From: Octopus vulgaris
Taxonomy: Eukaryota
Assembly: GCA_951406725.2 (NCBI GenBank)
Contig: OX597816.1
Span: 70,928,001-70,992,000 of the forward strand
Direction: 5' to 3'
DNA: 64,000 bases
Part shown: piece after piece, positions 1-13,147 of the stretch
Position numbering within the stretch: position 1 is the first letter of the stretch
How the letters are laid out: every line of letters starts with the position of its first letter
The notes under the pieces: model-generated
Seen by the model: only the letters and a program-made list of their open reading frames with translations
Databases searched by the model: none
Told to the model about the DNA's origin: nothing
Translations under genes and position numbers: made by a program

Positions 1-160
1 GATGCTCTCGGTGTCGGGGGTTGACCTGCTTTCTCTTCTGCGGGTCTTACGAATAGCAAAGGACCACGTTTCGGACTTCTCCCATCTTGCGAGCTCTGGG
101 ACGAAGACCGTTCGCTCAACAGCAACAGCAGCTCAACAGCAACAGCAGCTCAACAACACC
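1..160 (+). mobile_element. 3' tail of a tRNA-derived SINE (same family as 15990-16383)
   Basis: 1-120 is the near-exact reverse complement of ~15993-16112 (GAAGACCGTTCGCTCAAC followed by a CAA/CAG-rich tail). Confidence 0.75.
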
Positions 161-854
161 TGCAGCAAGATAGGAAGAGAAAACAAATAAGACGAGAAAA
201 TATGAATGAGTAACAGCGTGCACAACACCACGAGCAGCAGAGAAACGTATTTCAGCAAACAGTAGAGAACATGAAACAACATGACAGCGTTATTTACCAG
301 CAAAACTAAAAGGGAAGATATCGAGAAAGAGTTCAGAATATGAATGCTGGTGAAATTGACAATAGCTGGTAGAATCGCTAGAGCATCGGGAAAATGCTTT
401 GTAGCATTTACCTAACTCTTTATGTTCTGGTTTTAAATCCCTAATCCTAAACCTACATTCATTTCTCTGGGATTGGTAAAATAAAGAACCAGTCTAAATA
501 CTAGAGTTAATGGTATCGACTAACCCACTTCTAAAAATTGATGGCTTTGTGTCAAAATGTATGTTAACAGAAAAGTATTCTTTCTTTACTAAGTTTGAAT
601 TGTAATTCATTTACGAAATAGCTACCACCACCGAAAGAATGTCCGAATAAATTAGGTTATGCTATTTATTTTGTTCGAGTTACATACCGTCAGTCATTTG
701 ACCCTTGTCAGCCTGGTCACGAAGATAGTGGATCAGTGATTTGCCTTTTGGAAACCTGTAACCCTTACAGTTCTATATTTAAGAGATGAGGAATTATATA
801 CACTATTTACATTATTTACATTTGACGATATTTGTTCTCATCTTGTTTGTTGTT

Positions 855-900
855 AACACAACGTTTCGGCTGATATACCCTCCAGCCTTCATCAGGTGTC
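855..900 (-). ncRNA. Minimal type I hammerhead ribozyme motif
   Basis: Reverse complement reads GACAC CTGATGA A GGCTG-gagggtatat-CAGCC GAAAC GTT GTGTT. Confidence 0.7.
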
Positions 901-973
901 TTGGGGAAATTTCGAACCTGGGTTCTCATTCCTAAGGTATTTTTCGATGTTAATATTATTATTATAGTTGTTG

Positions 974-1043
<70 letters not shown>

Positions 1044-1134
1044 AGGTCACGGGCATATTGCGTAGTGGTTAAGGGCGTGGGCTACTAACCCAAAGATTCC
1101 AAGTTCGATTCCAAGCAGTGACCTGAACACTAAC

Positions 1135-1177
<43 letters not shown>

Positions 1178-1224
1178 TCGAAAAATACCTTAGGAATGAG
1201 AGCCCAGGTTCGAAATTCCCCCAA

Positions 1225-1270
1225 GACACCTGATGAAGGCTGGAGGGTATATCAGCCGAAACGTTGTGTT
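1225..1270 (+). ncRNA. Minimal type I hammerhead ribozyme motif
   Basis: GACAC CTGATGA A GGCTG-gagggtatat-CAGCC GAAAC GTT GTGTT: stem I GACAC/GTGTT, 5-bp stem II, palindromic AACGTT in place of stem III. Confidence 0.7.
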
Positions 1271-1733
1271 AACAACAAACAAGATAAGGACAGATATCCG
1301 TCACATGTAAATAATACCTGTAACCCTTGTTTACAAGTTGTATAACATAAAAGAAGTGTGTTTGTGTTATGTTCCTAGACATGTAGATACTTGTATGTGT
1401 GCAGCATGTTTGATAAGCTGTTGATGCATGTGTGCACACGTGTGCATATACGCTTGCATGTGGCAAGTCTCCTGTTGTATATCTAGCAAGGTGCAGGAAG
1501 AAAGAAAGAAAGAAAGAAAGGCTGAAAGAGAGACAAAAAGAGAGGAAGTAACAAAAATTCTGTTTATGTATGCCGGAGACATTTTTCTTTTCTCTTTTTT
1601 TCTTTCGATAGCTTGATATTAAGTGAAATCAAAGAAGTCTATTGTAATATCTGATGTTTGGGTGTTTAATTAAATACTTTATCTACTTTGCAAGCTGTGT
1701 CTATTGAAACAGTAACAGGTTGACAGTTTAATA

Positions 1734-1782
<49 letters not shown>

Positions 1783-1970
1783 GACAGACTGACAGAAACA
1801 GAAAGAGAGAGAAATGGAGAAAAGAAAACGGAGAGAGAACAGCGGGGAAGGGGGGGCAGATATTTAGGGAGAAACAGAAGAGAGAATAAGAAAGTGAAAA
1901 AAAAGCTGGAAAAAGAGAAAAAAGAGAAAGATACACATTTGCGAAAAAATATGTTGTTATCTTCCTTGGA

Positions 1971-2178
1971 CAGTAATCCCTCGCTATATCGCGGTTCACC
2001 TACCGCGGTTTATTATTTAAGCTTGCGTCGATTCCTCCGTGGTGTTGTTTTGCATTTATAATGAAATAAACATATACAAATTATAAAAATAACAAAAAAT
2101 ATATACAGTACAGTACGGATTTTCACTTATCGCGTGTTTGTATTGAACGTAGCACCCGCGATAGTCGAGGAATTACTG
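1971..2178. mobile_element. pogo/Tigger-like MITE
   Basis: TIRs CAGTAATCCCTCGCTATATCGCG and CGCGATAGTCGAGGAATTACTG. The expected TA TSD is not preserved. Confidence 0.6.
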
Positions 2179-2739
2179 CATTTAAAAGGCATCGTAATAT
2201 TCAATGGCTTTGCCCAATTTTAATAACTTTTCATTTCACTGTTAATAGTTATTGGCACTTAGTTAAAGTCGAAAAGGACTAATACATTGTAACTTCACTT
2301 ATAAAACTGTGTAGTACAATGTAGCATTTTCTCGAGGCATTTGTTTCTCTAACTATTTTGTACGAGTTATATACGGTTAGTTTGTTATGAATTAAATACG
2401 TCGAAACAAAAGTGAAATAAATGTTAACTATAATGTAGCAAGCATAGAAAATCTAATGAGGAATAGTTATGTGATGAGTAAAAGTTAACATTGCTTAGGT
2501 ACTTATTAGTATTTCTTTCAGTTTGTCAAGTAGAGGAGACAACTCTGTACATATTTTGGTCTTATCACACATCCTCAGCGAAGCATAGACGTTCCTGTGC
2601 TGGCCGAATTAGGGCCGAGAAAATTACTATGAAGATCTACATTATTGTATACAAATAGGCGTGTAAAATTAGTATACTTAATTAGAATATCACTGAAGTT
2701 AATTAATTAACTTCACATACACACACACACATATTCTTT

Positions 2740-3104
2740 TGTTCTTTTATTCTTTTCAGTCATTTCATACTGGAGTACTGTCTTTAGCCGAACAAATCGA
2801 CCCCAGGACTTATTCGTTGTAAGCCTAGTACTTATTCTATCGGTCTCTTCGCAAAACTGCTAAGTTACGGGGACGTAAACACACCAACATCGGTTGTCAA
2901 GCGATGGTGGTAGGATAAACACAGACACACAAATGCATACACACACATATACATATACATACATACGACGAGCTTCTTTCAGTTTCCGTCTACCAAATCC
3001 ACTCACAAGGCTTTGATCGTCCCGATCAAGATGACACGCAGTGGGACTGAACCTGGAGCGATGTGGCTGGGAAGCAAACTTTTTACCACACAGCCACACC
3101 TGTG

Positions 3105-3106
<2 letters not shown>
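2740..3106 (-). mobile_element. tRNA-derived SINE, family A
   Basis: Reverse complement of the element at 8967-9446, including the internal (CA/TA)n and the AGCCTAGTACTTATTCTATCGG block. Confidence 0.8.
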
Positions 3107-3136
<30 letters not shown>

Positions 3137-3139
<3 letters not shown>

Positions 3140-4506
3140 CAGAGATACCCGGCGTTGCCCTGTTATATTCAATTGAAGAATTAGACTTTTCTGTTATATC
3201 TTCTGTAATGAACTGGAATATCTGTTTCGAATTTCATCAAAATTGCAGATGCGGGTTATTTCCCTCTTTACACACCCTAAAAAATTGTAATCGTGCCACA
3301 TGTATCCCATACTACTGATTTTTATGCGCATATTCCAAAATTCCAGTCTTATTGAACCTGTTAAAAAGATTTTGCTCCTGAAAAATGAAGGTCATGGAGC
3401 TCTAAAATGTGAGAGTTAATGCTCCTATTGGGGATGGGCATCTTAATGTGAACCAGAGAAGTTGAATTGTTGAAAATCTTTTTAACTTGGGTCTTATGTC
3501 TATTGTTTGAATTTCTTTGAAATAGGAAATATATGTTCACTGGGTTTGTAAAAGAGAGCAAAGCTACAGGAAACCAAAAGACGAATGATCACAATAAGCA
3601 GTCAGTTACCCTACCCTAGTCGTTACCACACCCAATGTAGGATTCCTCACCATCCAGGTGACAGGCACAGCTGTAAGATGCATTACGAATCTATAGCAAT
3701 TGGAAGGGCGTGACCCAACTGAAATCAACATTGTGTGACGTGAGGGCTAAGAAGAAATGAAAGCTGGAGTTTGCAAATGATCACTATACTGATACATAAC
3801 TGTGTGACGTGAGGCTAAGGAGAAATGAAAGTTGGAGTTTGCAAATGACCACTATACTGATACGTAACTGGACAGAATAAATTTAAAATCCATAAATGTC
3901 TTTGAATAACCAGTCACTCATCTGAGAAGGCCTTGAAATCAATGTTACCATCTGGGGACTATGTGTGACCGAGTGATAATAACAAGACTGAAAGGAGGTC
4001 TGCAATCAAATAACTTTACTCAACACTTTGCAACTGAATCAGTGGAGGCAAAGATGCTTCTCATTTACTTGACAATTTATGCAGCACATTGCAGAAATCA
4101 CAATATAAGTGTATGTCAAAGCAAACTGTTACACTGTTGTACCATTCAATTAGAAATAACGCCCAACTTTTATGCTCGGATAACCCTACAGCTTCCAAGA
4201 GCACAACTGTATTCGTTTTTGCATAGATAAAATGACAAAATTGTGGGTGTTAAGTCCCCATGGAGGGGTCTTTCTATCTTTGTAAGAAGATAAAATTTTA
4301 TAAATATGACTTCATTTGTGTCTAATATCTATAGTTAAAATTTCATCAACAGCAAAAATATATGAATTGTCATGGGGGTTTTGGCCCTTATGCATAGAAT
4401 ATAATTTCCAAATTTCATAAATATCCATTCAGTACTTTTGACCTGGTTTTGGATCATAAAAGAAATGACTAAAATTTCGGAGTTAAGGCTCTCATTAGGG
4501 TGTTTT

Positions 4507-4520
<14 letters not shown>
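3137..4520 (-). mobile_element. Non-autonomous Helitron-like element
   Basis: Minus-strand 3' end CAGGGCAACGCCGGGTATCTCTGCTA (hairpin plus degenerate CTAG). 5' end TCTAT..AAAACACCC near 4500-4520. Internal ~68-bp tandem duplication at 3733-3869. Confidence 0.55.
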
Positions 4521-4561
<41 letters not shown>

Positions 4562-4852
4562 TAGATATACACATACACACATACAAAGATAAATTGATAG
4601 ATACAACTGAGTGGGTAAATAAAAATATGAGACACAGCCTAGTGCTTTTTTATGTTGATAAGCCTAGTACTTATTCTATTTGTTTGTTCTTGTGAAACCA
4701 GTAAGTTATGTGGATGTAAATAAATGAACAGCAGTTGTGAAGCAGTGATGAGGGCAAAACACAGAGACATAGACACACACATACACTTACATATATACAT
4801 ACATATATATACGATTGATTTGTTTCAGTTCCTGTCTACGAAATCCATATAT

Positions 4853-6561
4853 ATTGTTGTTCGCATCCTTTTTGTCTCGGGAGACAATGGAGTTGCGCAT
4901 AAAATAATCTAGTCCGGCTTTTACATTTCATGTCCTAATACATCTCCTGCTGTGGCTGTGTAGTACTATCCTGGACAAACACTCCCTCTGGCAGGTGCCG
5001 CAAATGTAGCGAAGACTTTGCCTGGCTGATTGTAATGTCATAGTTTCTTGTTGACGTCTTTTCTTGTCTTTCCATTTCTCCTCTCTCTCTATGTCACTCC
5101 TTTGTGGTCCCCCTTTTACGGTACGTCGCCAATCTCCACGGTTGCTGGCAACTGCTTCCCAGTTGGTAATATTGATATAGCAGGCATTCATGTCCCTTTT
5201 GCAAACATCCTTGTATCGTAAGAACGGTCTTCCCACAGACCTAGTGCTCCTAGCAAGCTCTCCGTTGAGTATGCCCTTGGGGATTCTGCCATCTTCCATA
5301 CGGCTAACATGTCCAAGCCATCTAGTACGTCTTTGTGTGAGGAGTGCAAACAAGCTTGTTATTCCTGCTTGCTTGAGGACATCTTTGTTGGGGACATGAT
5401 TCTGCCATTTGGTGCGAAGGATTTTCCAGAGGCAGCGCAAGTGAAAGATATTTAGGTGACGCTCTTGGCGTGTGTATGGCGTCCAAGTCTCACTTCCATA
5501 CAGTAGAGTGCTAAGTACACATGCCTGGTAAATCTTAATTTTTGTGGTCTTGGTCAGCTTATTGTTGTCCCATGCCCGTTTGGAGAGTTGGGCCATCACA
5601 GCAGCTGCCTTGCCAATGCGTATATTGAGCTCAGCATCAAGGTTGTAGGTGACGGTAGAGCCAAGATAGGTAAACTTCTCCACCTCCTGTAGTCTGTGGT
5701 CTCCAATATGTATGTTTGGGATGTCCGATGTAGCCTGACCCATGATGTTGGTCTTCTTGAGGCTGATAACTAAGCCAAAGTTGCCACATGCTTGCTCAAA
5801 ACAGTTGATGAGCCTTTGTAGGGCTTCTTCTGTGTGTTATACCAGAGCGGCATCATCAGTAAATAGCATCTCCTTGATCAGGACGCTTCTGACTTTGGTC
5901 TTGGCACGCAGACGCGAGTGATTGAACAGTTTCCCATCACTTCTACTGTGCAGAAATACTCCATCATCTGATGTCTGAAAGGCATGTGACAGCATCAGCG
6001 AGAAGATGCCAAATAATGTAGGAGCAAGGACACAAACTTGCTTTACCCCATTTTTTATTTGGAAGGCGGCTGATGTTGAACCATTGTGCTGTATAGTGCC
6101 TTGCATATCATCATGGAAAGATTTGATGATCCTCAGCAGCTTTGGTGGACATCCGATTTTTTGGAGCAGGATGAAGAGGCCCTTTTCTACTTACCAAGTC
6201 AAACGCCTTTGTCAGATCAATGAAGGCCATATATAATGGCATTTTCTGCTTTCTGGACTTCTCCTGAAGTTGGCGTATGGAGAATATCATATCAATAGTT
6301 GATCTGCTTCTTCTAAAGCCGCACTGCGATTCTGGATTAATTCGAGAAGCAAGCAGTTGCAGCCTGGACAGGATAATGCGAGCAGAGACCTTTCCAACAG
6401 TGCTTAGAAGAGATATTACGCGGAAATTGTTACAATCACCACGGTCACCTTTGTTTTTGTAAAGCGTAATGATGTTCGCATCCCGCATATCCTGAGAGAC
6501 TTTACCCTCTTCCCAGCACTGACACAGATCTCATGAATGTGCCGAAGCAGGATGGTGTTTT

Positions 6562-6563
<2 letters not shown>
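4853..6563 (-). pseudogene. 5'-truncated RTE-clade LINE (reverse transcriptase, frameshifted)
   Basis: ORF pieces LYKNKGDRGDCNNFR, QCGFR, FIDLTKAFD, GVKQVCVLAPTLF, LFTDD, FTYLGS, LLYGSETW, WLGHVSRMEDGRIPK and a C-terminal CxxC..HxxxC. RTE-type 3' end with a (CAA) tail. Confidence 0.92.
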
Positions 6564-6621
<58 letters not shown>

Positions 6622-6674
6622 CATATATATATACATCCATATATATATATATATATATATACATATCCATATAC

Positions 6675-6897
6675 ATAGATTAAAGAGGTGCTTTTGTTTC
6701 ACTTTTAACACGAAATACTGAAATAGTGGAGAAGGTGTGATATTGCCCTAGCCAAGAAGTTAAACATTTTTTTTGCCCATGACAGTACATGGACCCTATG
6801 TAAGGCATTTGTAAAATTTGAATGAAATTGGTTGTGTAGTTCTCAAGTTTTAGGGATTCAGACAGACAGACACACATTCTCAGTTTTATATATAGAT
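6675..6897 (-). mobile_element. Helitron-like 5' terminal fragment
   Basis: Minus strand begins TCTATATATAAAACTGAGAATGTGTGTCTGTCTGTCTG, a typical non-autonomous Helitron 5' end. Confidence 0.5.
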
Positions 6898-6914
6898 ATA
6901 TATATATATATATG

Positions 6915-6967
<53 letters not shown>

Positions 6968-8010
6968 GGCGGGGTTTTTTTTCAGTTTCCGCGTACGAAA
7001 TCCATTGACAAGACTTTGGTCGCCCAGACTATATAATAGAGGACACTTGCCATAAGTGCCACGCAGTGGGATCAAATCATGAACCAATTGGATTGGAAAA
7101 ACATGGCTGCTGTATGTTCTTCTCAGGATGTCTTTCCAGTAGTTCTCTGTTCACACATGTAAACATGTGTCTCACTTAGCTACGAGCAACGCCTGTTAAC
7201 GATAATGAGGAAGCTTGGTTGGTGTCATCTGCATAAGGCCAGATGTGATTAAATGCACGATAACAATAGCAGAAGAAAACATTAGCAATTACGAAGTGCA
7301 GAGTCTCAATGGGCCGCATTGCTCATATACATGTTGCCATGGGGACCTGCATATTTTAAAACATATGTTCGCAACATAGGTTTCCTTCATATCAATTATT
7401 ATTAAGTAGAAATCTGTTAAAACCTCTTATTTGCTCATTAATAATCCTATTTTCATTAATTAAATTACTATTAATTATTTTTATCATTAAAAATATTTTG
7501 GGGCTTCCCCATTTTTAAACCTCTTGCGGGACGTACTTGTGTTTGAGAAGGGCTGCATGTTTGACATGCCTGTGTTGGATAACGTAATCTAGAAAGAAGA
7601 CGGAATAGGTCATCACTGCAATGCTGCTTTCAATGATTGATTTGGTCGATCAAGGCTAACTTGAGACATCAATGACAGCAGTCGGTTATTTGATCCGATG
7701 TCAACTCAGCGATCGAAACTGCAGTACTTAATCTCCCGTCAGTTACTCTAATAAAGGAGTTTAATATACAACAACCTAAGCATCTGCTGCAGGAGATAAA
7801 CCCGTTTCCGCAAGAAAAAAAGAAATCAACAAGTTGAGGCACAAACATGGCTGTGTGATTAAGACGATCTCAGTGCAATCATGAAGTTTTGAGCTCAGCT
7901 TCACTGCGCGGCACCTTAGGCATGCGTCTTCTATAGCTCCGGATCGACTAAAGCTTTGTCAATGGATTTGGTATGCAGAAACTATGAGGAATCCCGTTAT
8001 GTGTACGTCG

Positions 8011-8230
8011 CTTCTATTTTTTAATTATCATAAATCTTCCACCGAGGAGGGAGCCGGTTTCCAACAAAGATACAAGGCTCCATCTTTGAGATGTAGTTAA
8101 CACAAACAAATAAGCCTGTGTGTCTCTTCTATTTTAAAATTATTATATATATCTTCCACTGAAGGAGGGAGCCGGTTTCCAAGAAAGATACAAGGTTCCA
8201 TCTTTGGGCTGTAGTTAACACATACAAATT
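8011..8230. repeat. Tandem dimer of a ~115-bp unit
   Basis: Two copies of CTTCCAC..AGGAGGGAGCCGGTTTCCAA.AAAGATACAAGG.TCCATCTTTG..TGTAGTTAACACA. A related motif lies at ~8590-8635. Confidence 0.75.
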
Positions 8231-8966
8231 CACATTTGTAACTTGAGAAAAGTCTTGCATATTTTTACTGTTCCACTCACAGATTGCACTTGTAATGTAC
8301 GAGTCAGCCGATCGATTTCTCTTTCTGAAAATCCTAGTTTATCCAGATTCTCCTTTAAGCATTTACTAACAAAACCTAGTGCTCCAATTATTATTGATTT
8401 GAATATGAATTCATAATCTGGATATAGAAGCTGGAGGTTTCGAACCAGGAGCCCATTGCTATCTTTTTTTCCTTTGATTTACAAAACGATATTTATATCT
8501 GCAGGGTAGCTGATCTCTATAATGGTACATACATATGTATGTATGTATGTCATTATTCAGTTTATTTCAAGATTTCTAGCCAATAGTGAAAGAACCGGTT
8601 TCTAACATAGACTCAAGGTTCCTTCATTGGAATTTCGACATCAACAATAGGGTATTTTTGCTTGTATGTATGTATGTATGTATGTATGTATGTATGTATG
8701 TATGTATGTATGTATGTATGTATGTATGTATGTATGTATGTATGTATGCATGTATGTATGTATGTATGTATATATGTATGTATGCATGTATATATAAACT
8801 AGCACTTTGTCGGTTACGAAGACGAGTGTTCCAGCCGATCCGATCAACGGAACAGTCGACTCGGGAAATTAATTTGCAAGTCTCCAAGAATCGTACTCGT
8901 GAATTTGGGATCGTGATCAGAATACCCCTAACAACCGTCCACGCGCCTTCACTAAAAATATATATT

Positions 8967-9127
8967 AGGCGCTGGAGTGGCTGCATGGTAAGTAGCTTTC
9001 TTACCAACCACATGGTTCTGGGTTCAGTCCCACAGCGTGGAACCTTAGGCAAGTATCTTCTGCTATAGCTTCGAGCCGACCAAAGCCTTATAAGTGGATT
9101 TGGTAAACGAAAACTGAAAGAAGCCCG

Positions 9128-9208
<81 letters not shown>

Positions 9209-9446
9209 GGTGTTGGTGTGTGAGTGTGTGTGCGTGTGTACGTCTGAGTTTGTCTCCACCCACCATTGCTTAACAACCGATGTTGGTGTGTCTACGTCCC
9301 CGTAACTTAGCGGTTCGGCAAAAGACACCGATAGAATAAGTACTAGGCTTACAAAGAATAAGTTCTGGGGTCGATTTGTTCGACTAAAGCCGGTGCTCCA
9401 TCATGACCGCAGTCAAATAACCGAAACAAATAAAAGAGTAAAAGAC
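8967..9446 (+). mobile_element. Full-length tRNA-derived SINE, family A
   Basis: Head GGCGC..GAGTGGCTGCATGGTAAG..GGTTCAGTCCC, central microsatellite, 3' GAAACAA..AAAAGAG tail. Many other partial copies in the window. Confidence 0.85.
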
Positions 9447-9844
9447 TATATGTTTGTGTGCACGCACGTGTCTGTGAGTGTGTAGGTGTATGTGCGTGGA
9501 TGCATGTATGAGCGCGCGTGTATGTATATATGTATATTCATATATACGTACGTATGTATATATATATATATATATATTTGTGTATGTACCTACGTATGTA
9601 TACATATATGCATGCACGTATGTGTATATGTTTCGCAGATCGTACATGTGTTTGAGAAGGGCTGCATGTTTGACATGCCTGTGTTGGGTAACGTAATCTA
9701 GAAAGAAGAGGCAATGGAAGGTCATCACTGCAATACCCCGAGGCTACTGTTGAAGACACTTGCCCAAGGTGTCACGCAGTGGGACTGTACTTGAGGTTGG
9801 GAAGCAAGCTTCTTACCACACAAGCATGCTTGCGCCTTAGGGTG

Positions 9845-9912
9845 AAATGCTTACAGCACCTAGGTTTCCCAAGCGGTCACCCATCCAATTACTAACTAGG
9901 ATTAACGTAGCT
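9845..9912 (-). pseudogene. 5S rRNA 3'-half fragment
   Basis: Reverse complement ..TAGTTAGTAATTGGATGGGTGACCGCTTGGGAAACCTAGGTGCTGTAAGCATTT matches the eukaryotic 5S 3' half (box C region and terminal T run). Confidence 0.75.
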
Positions 9913-10456
9913 GTATATTATTATTATGCATGTATCATAACAATGTAGTTGCGAGCAAATATAGACATTGTCTGAGCCCTTCACAGAACATCTTGAGTGT
10001 GAGAGCGGAAAGGAGTAAAAACTACACCAGCAGCCGGTTGGAACTAAATTATAGTTAAAATACATGGGGCGATGTGAAATAAAGAACTTTGTGCAACAGT
10101 ACGACATGTGACCCTGTCCAGAAATCGAACCTGCTATCTCATGATAGTGAACCAAGCACTCTAACCACTCATCCACGCATCTTTACAAACATATATTCAT
10201 ACATATGCTTGTGTGTGTTAGCACACACACACACACATTAGTAGCAGGACCTACATTCTTCTCCATATCCAGTGTGGTACGACGCCAAGCATCAAACCAC
10301 AGACAGAACAGGTGATTGTGTGGAATATGGGCCACTAGTATTCATAAAATACAGAAATCATTTTTGGTATTTTATGCTTTAGAAAGTACCATATATGGTT
10401 TTTGTATTTTATTAATACAATGCTTATATATATACAAACATACATACATACATACA

Positions 10457-10550
<94 letters not shown>

Positions 10551-10864
10551 CATACATTTTAACTTGAGTTTTCTGCTGTATGCGACAAGCTACAGAGAAA
10601 CGCCAGAATGTATTCTAATCGAAATAAACGAAACGGAGTTTAAAGAACAAAGTACCTTTTGACTCGTCACCTGACGAGGAACGTCTTCACGGAATGATGC
10701 AGCACAATTATTTGTACAGAATCTCATCCTCGAGAAACCGATGCCCGACAGGTCGAAACAATCATAGTAATCAATAAAGAATTCTGATGATGACATCAGG
10801 TAGCCGAATACAGAGAACTGGCTTTAAACGGCATGCTACAAGGTGTATACCCAAAATAAAAATT

Positions 10865-10975
<111 letters not shown>

Positions 10976-11005
10976 TTGAGTTGTGGGGTATCGCACGAGT
11001 GGGAT

Positions 11006-12074
11006 TATATAAGAAAAAAGGTTTGAAAATGCAATTTAAACGATGTTTATTTACTTAACCGGTTTCACTCTTTGGTAAAAGATTGTCAAAAGTTACATTT
11101 AAGGAAACATTGAATAATATGGGTTCAAAAAAAGTTTTTTACATAATTGTCACATTGAATATTATGCATTCAAAAAAGTTTTTTACATAATTGTCACATT
11201 GGATATTATGGGTTCAAAAAAGTTTTTTACATAATTGTCACATTGAATATTATGCATTCAAAAAAGTTTTTTTACATAATTGTCACATTGGATATTATGA
11301 ATTCAAAAATGTTTTTTTATACATAATTGTCACATTATTTGGGAAAATTAGGCAGAAAAGGATAAAACAAATATATTATTGGGAATTGGTTGCGTTAATT
11401 ATTGGTTGTCGCAAATTGTCACATGTATATATATACAATCTTTGGTATATATATACAGCGTTTTGACAGCAAAAATTAAAATGGATTTTTTGTACATCTC
11501 AGAATATTTTAAGTATGTTTTTACTGACCTGTCAGTCTGCTAATACTGACAGGTCAGTAAAAACATACTTAAAATATTCTGAGATGTACAAAAAATCCAT
11601 TTTAATTTTTGCTGTCAAAACGCTGTATATATATACCAAAGATTGTATATATATACATGTGACAATTTGCGACAACCAATAATTAACGCAACCAATTCCC
11701 AATAATATATTTGTTTTATCCTTTTCTGCCAAATTTTCCCAAATAATGTGACAATTATGTATAAAAAAACATTTTTGAATTCATAATATCCAATGTGACA
11801 ATTATGTAAAAAAACTTTTTTGAATGCATAATATTCAATGTGACAATTATGTAAAAAACTTTTTTGAACCCATAATATCCAATGTGACAATTATGTAAAA
11901 AACTTTTTTGAATGCATAATATTCAATGTGACAATTATGTAAAAAACTTTTTTGAACCCATATTATTCAATGTTTCCTTAAATGTAACTTTTGACAATCT
12001 TTTACCAAAGAGTGAAACCGGTTAAGTAAATAAACATCGTTTAAATTGCATTTTCAAACCTTTTTTCTTATATA
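11006..12074. repeat. ~1.07-kb near-perfect palindrome containing a ~43-bp tandem repeat
   Basis: Arms 11006-11536 and 11545-12074 with an 8-nt loop CTGCTAAT. The ORF track shows mirrored ORFs differing by one residue. About 5 copies of TTTACATAATTGTCACATTG.ATATTATG..TTCAAAAA per arm. Confidence 0.95.
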
Positions 12075-12102
12075 TATATATATATATATAAATTTAAAAT
12101 TA

Positions 12103-12193
<91 letters not shown>

Positions 12194-13062
12194 GTATATA
12201 CATGCGATTCATCATTTCATCATCTGAGTTTGAGTGTTTTCATACAAGAAGTATCAAGATAAGTACCCGCTTCTGCGTTGTTTTCAATTTTAAATACTCA
12301 CTTAACGCCGATAGTGATATATGCACGTAATCCAGTAAAGAAAATTGTTAAATGACCCAAATCGTTTGATACGAGACTGGTGTACAAACATCCACCAGAC
12401 TTGCGAGATTAGTAGCAATCTGTCACTTTTAACAACACACAGCGCACGCTCAAATGTCCACGATATCACCCTTCACTCCTATTTAACTTTCCTTATACAG
12501 GCGTCATCCGCATGCCCTCTAAGCACTAGATGTGAAGATACAGCTTAATGGGAACAGGACACCCTAATCTCTTTTTAACAGTGCAAATATACAACCACCA
12601 TACATATCAGCATATCAAAGAAGCTTCTTGTACGTAACCCTTTCAGTTGCATGAACAATGCATAACTCAAACTATGAAAATCAGCACAAATGCCAGGATT
12701 CACACACAATAACTGATGTATCGTGACGGTCACTCCCAGCAAAAATACAAAACCTTATTAAATGTTAGATAATTATACTTGATTGGAGCTGCGGCGGTGT
12801 TCGTCCAAAACAGTGACTTCACCGACATCGTACACCACACAAATATATGTATGTGTAAGCATGCTTGTGTATATTCTATACATGTAAATGTATGCATATA
12901 TATATATAGTAATTAAGGTGGCGAAACACAGTCGAAAAACCAAAAAGGAAATAATTCACCGTCACTGTTTAGCTACAGTGAATTATTTCCTGATGTGTGT
13001 GTGTGTGCATGTGTAGACACACTTATATACATATATATTGTGGGGCGCACGCCCTCTCTCTT

Positions 13063-13147
<85 letters not shown>

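Larger units (their letters stand above)
767..1315. mobile_element. Fold-back non-autonomous retroelement: tRNA-like head + (AAT)n + hammerhead tail, with 13-bp TSD
   Basis: Arms ~811-1050 and ~1119-1315 are inverted copies. ACCTGTAACCCTT flanks the unit directly at 754-766 and 1316-1328. Box A/B head at 1051-1115. Confidence 0.8.

Noticed and set aside
11112-11340. Regularly spaced repeats resembling a CRISPR array
   Set aside because: Units are contiguous with no unique spacers, the context is eukaryotic and there are no cas genes.
11191-11890. Pair of near-identical 91-aa ORFs on opposite strands
   Set aside because: By-product of the palindrome and its 43-bp repeats; no protein motif.
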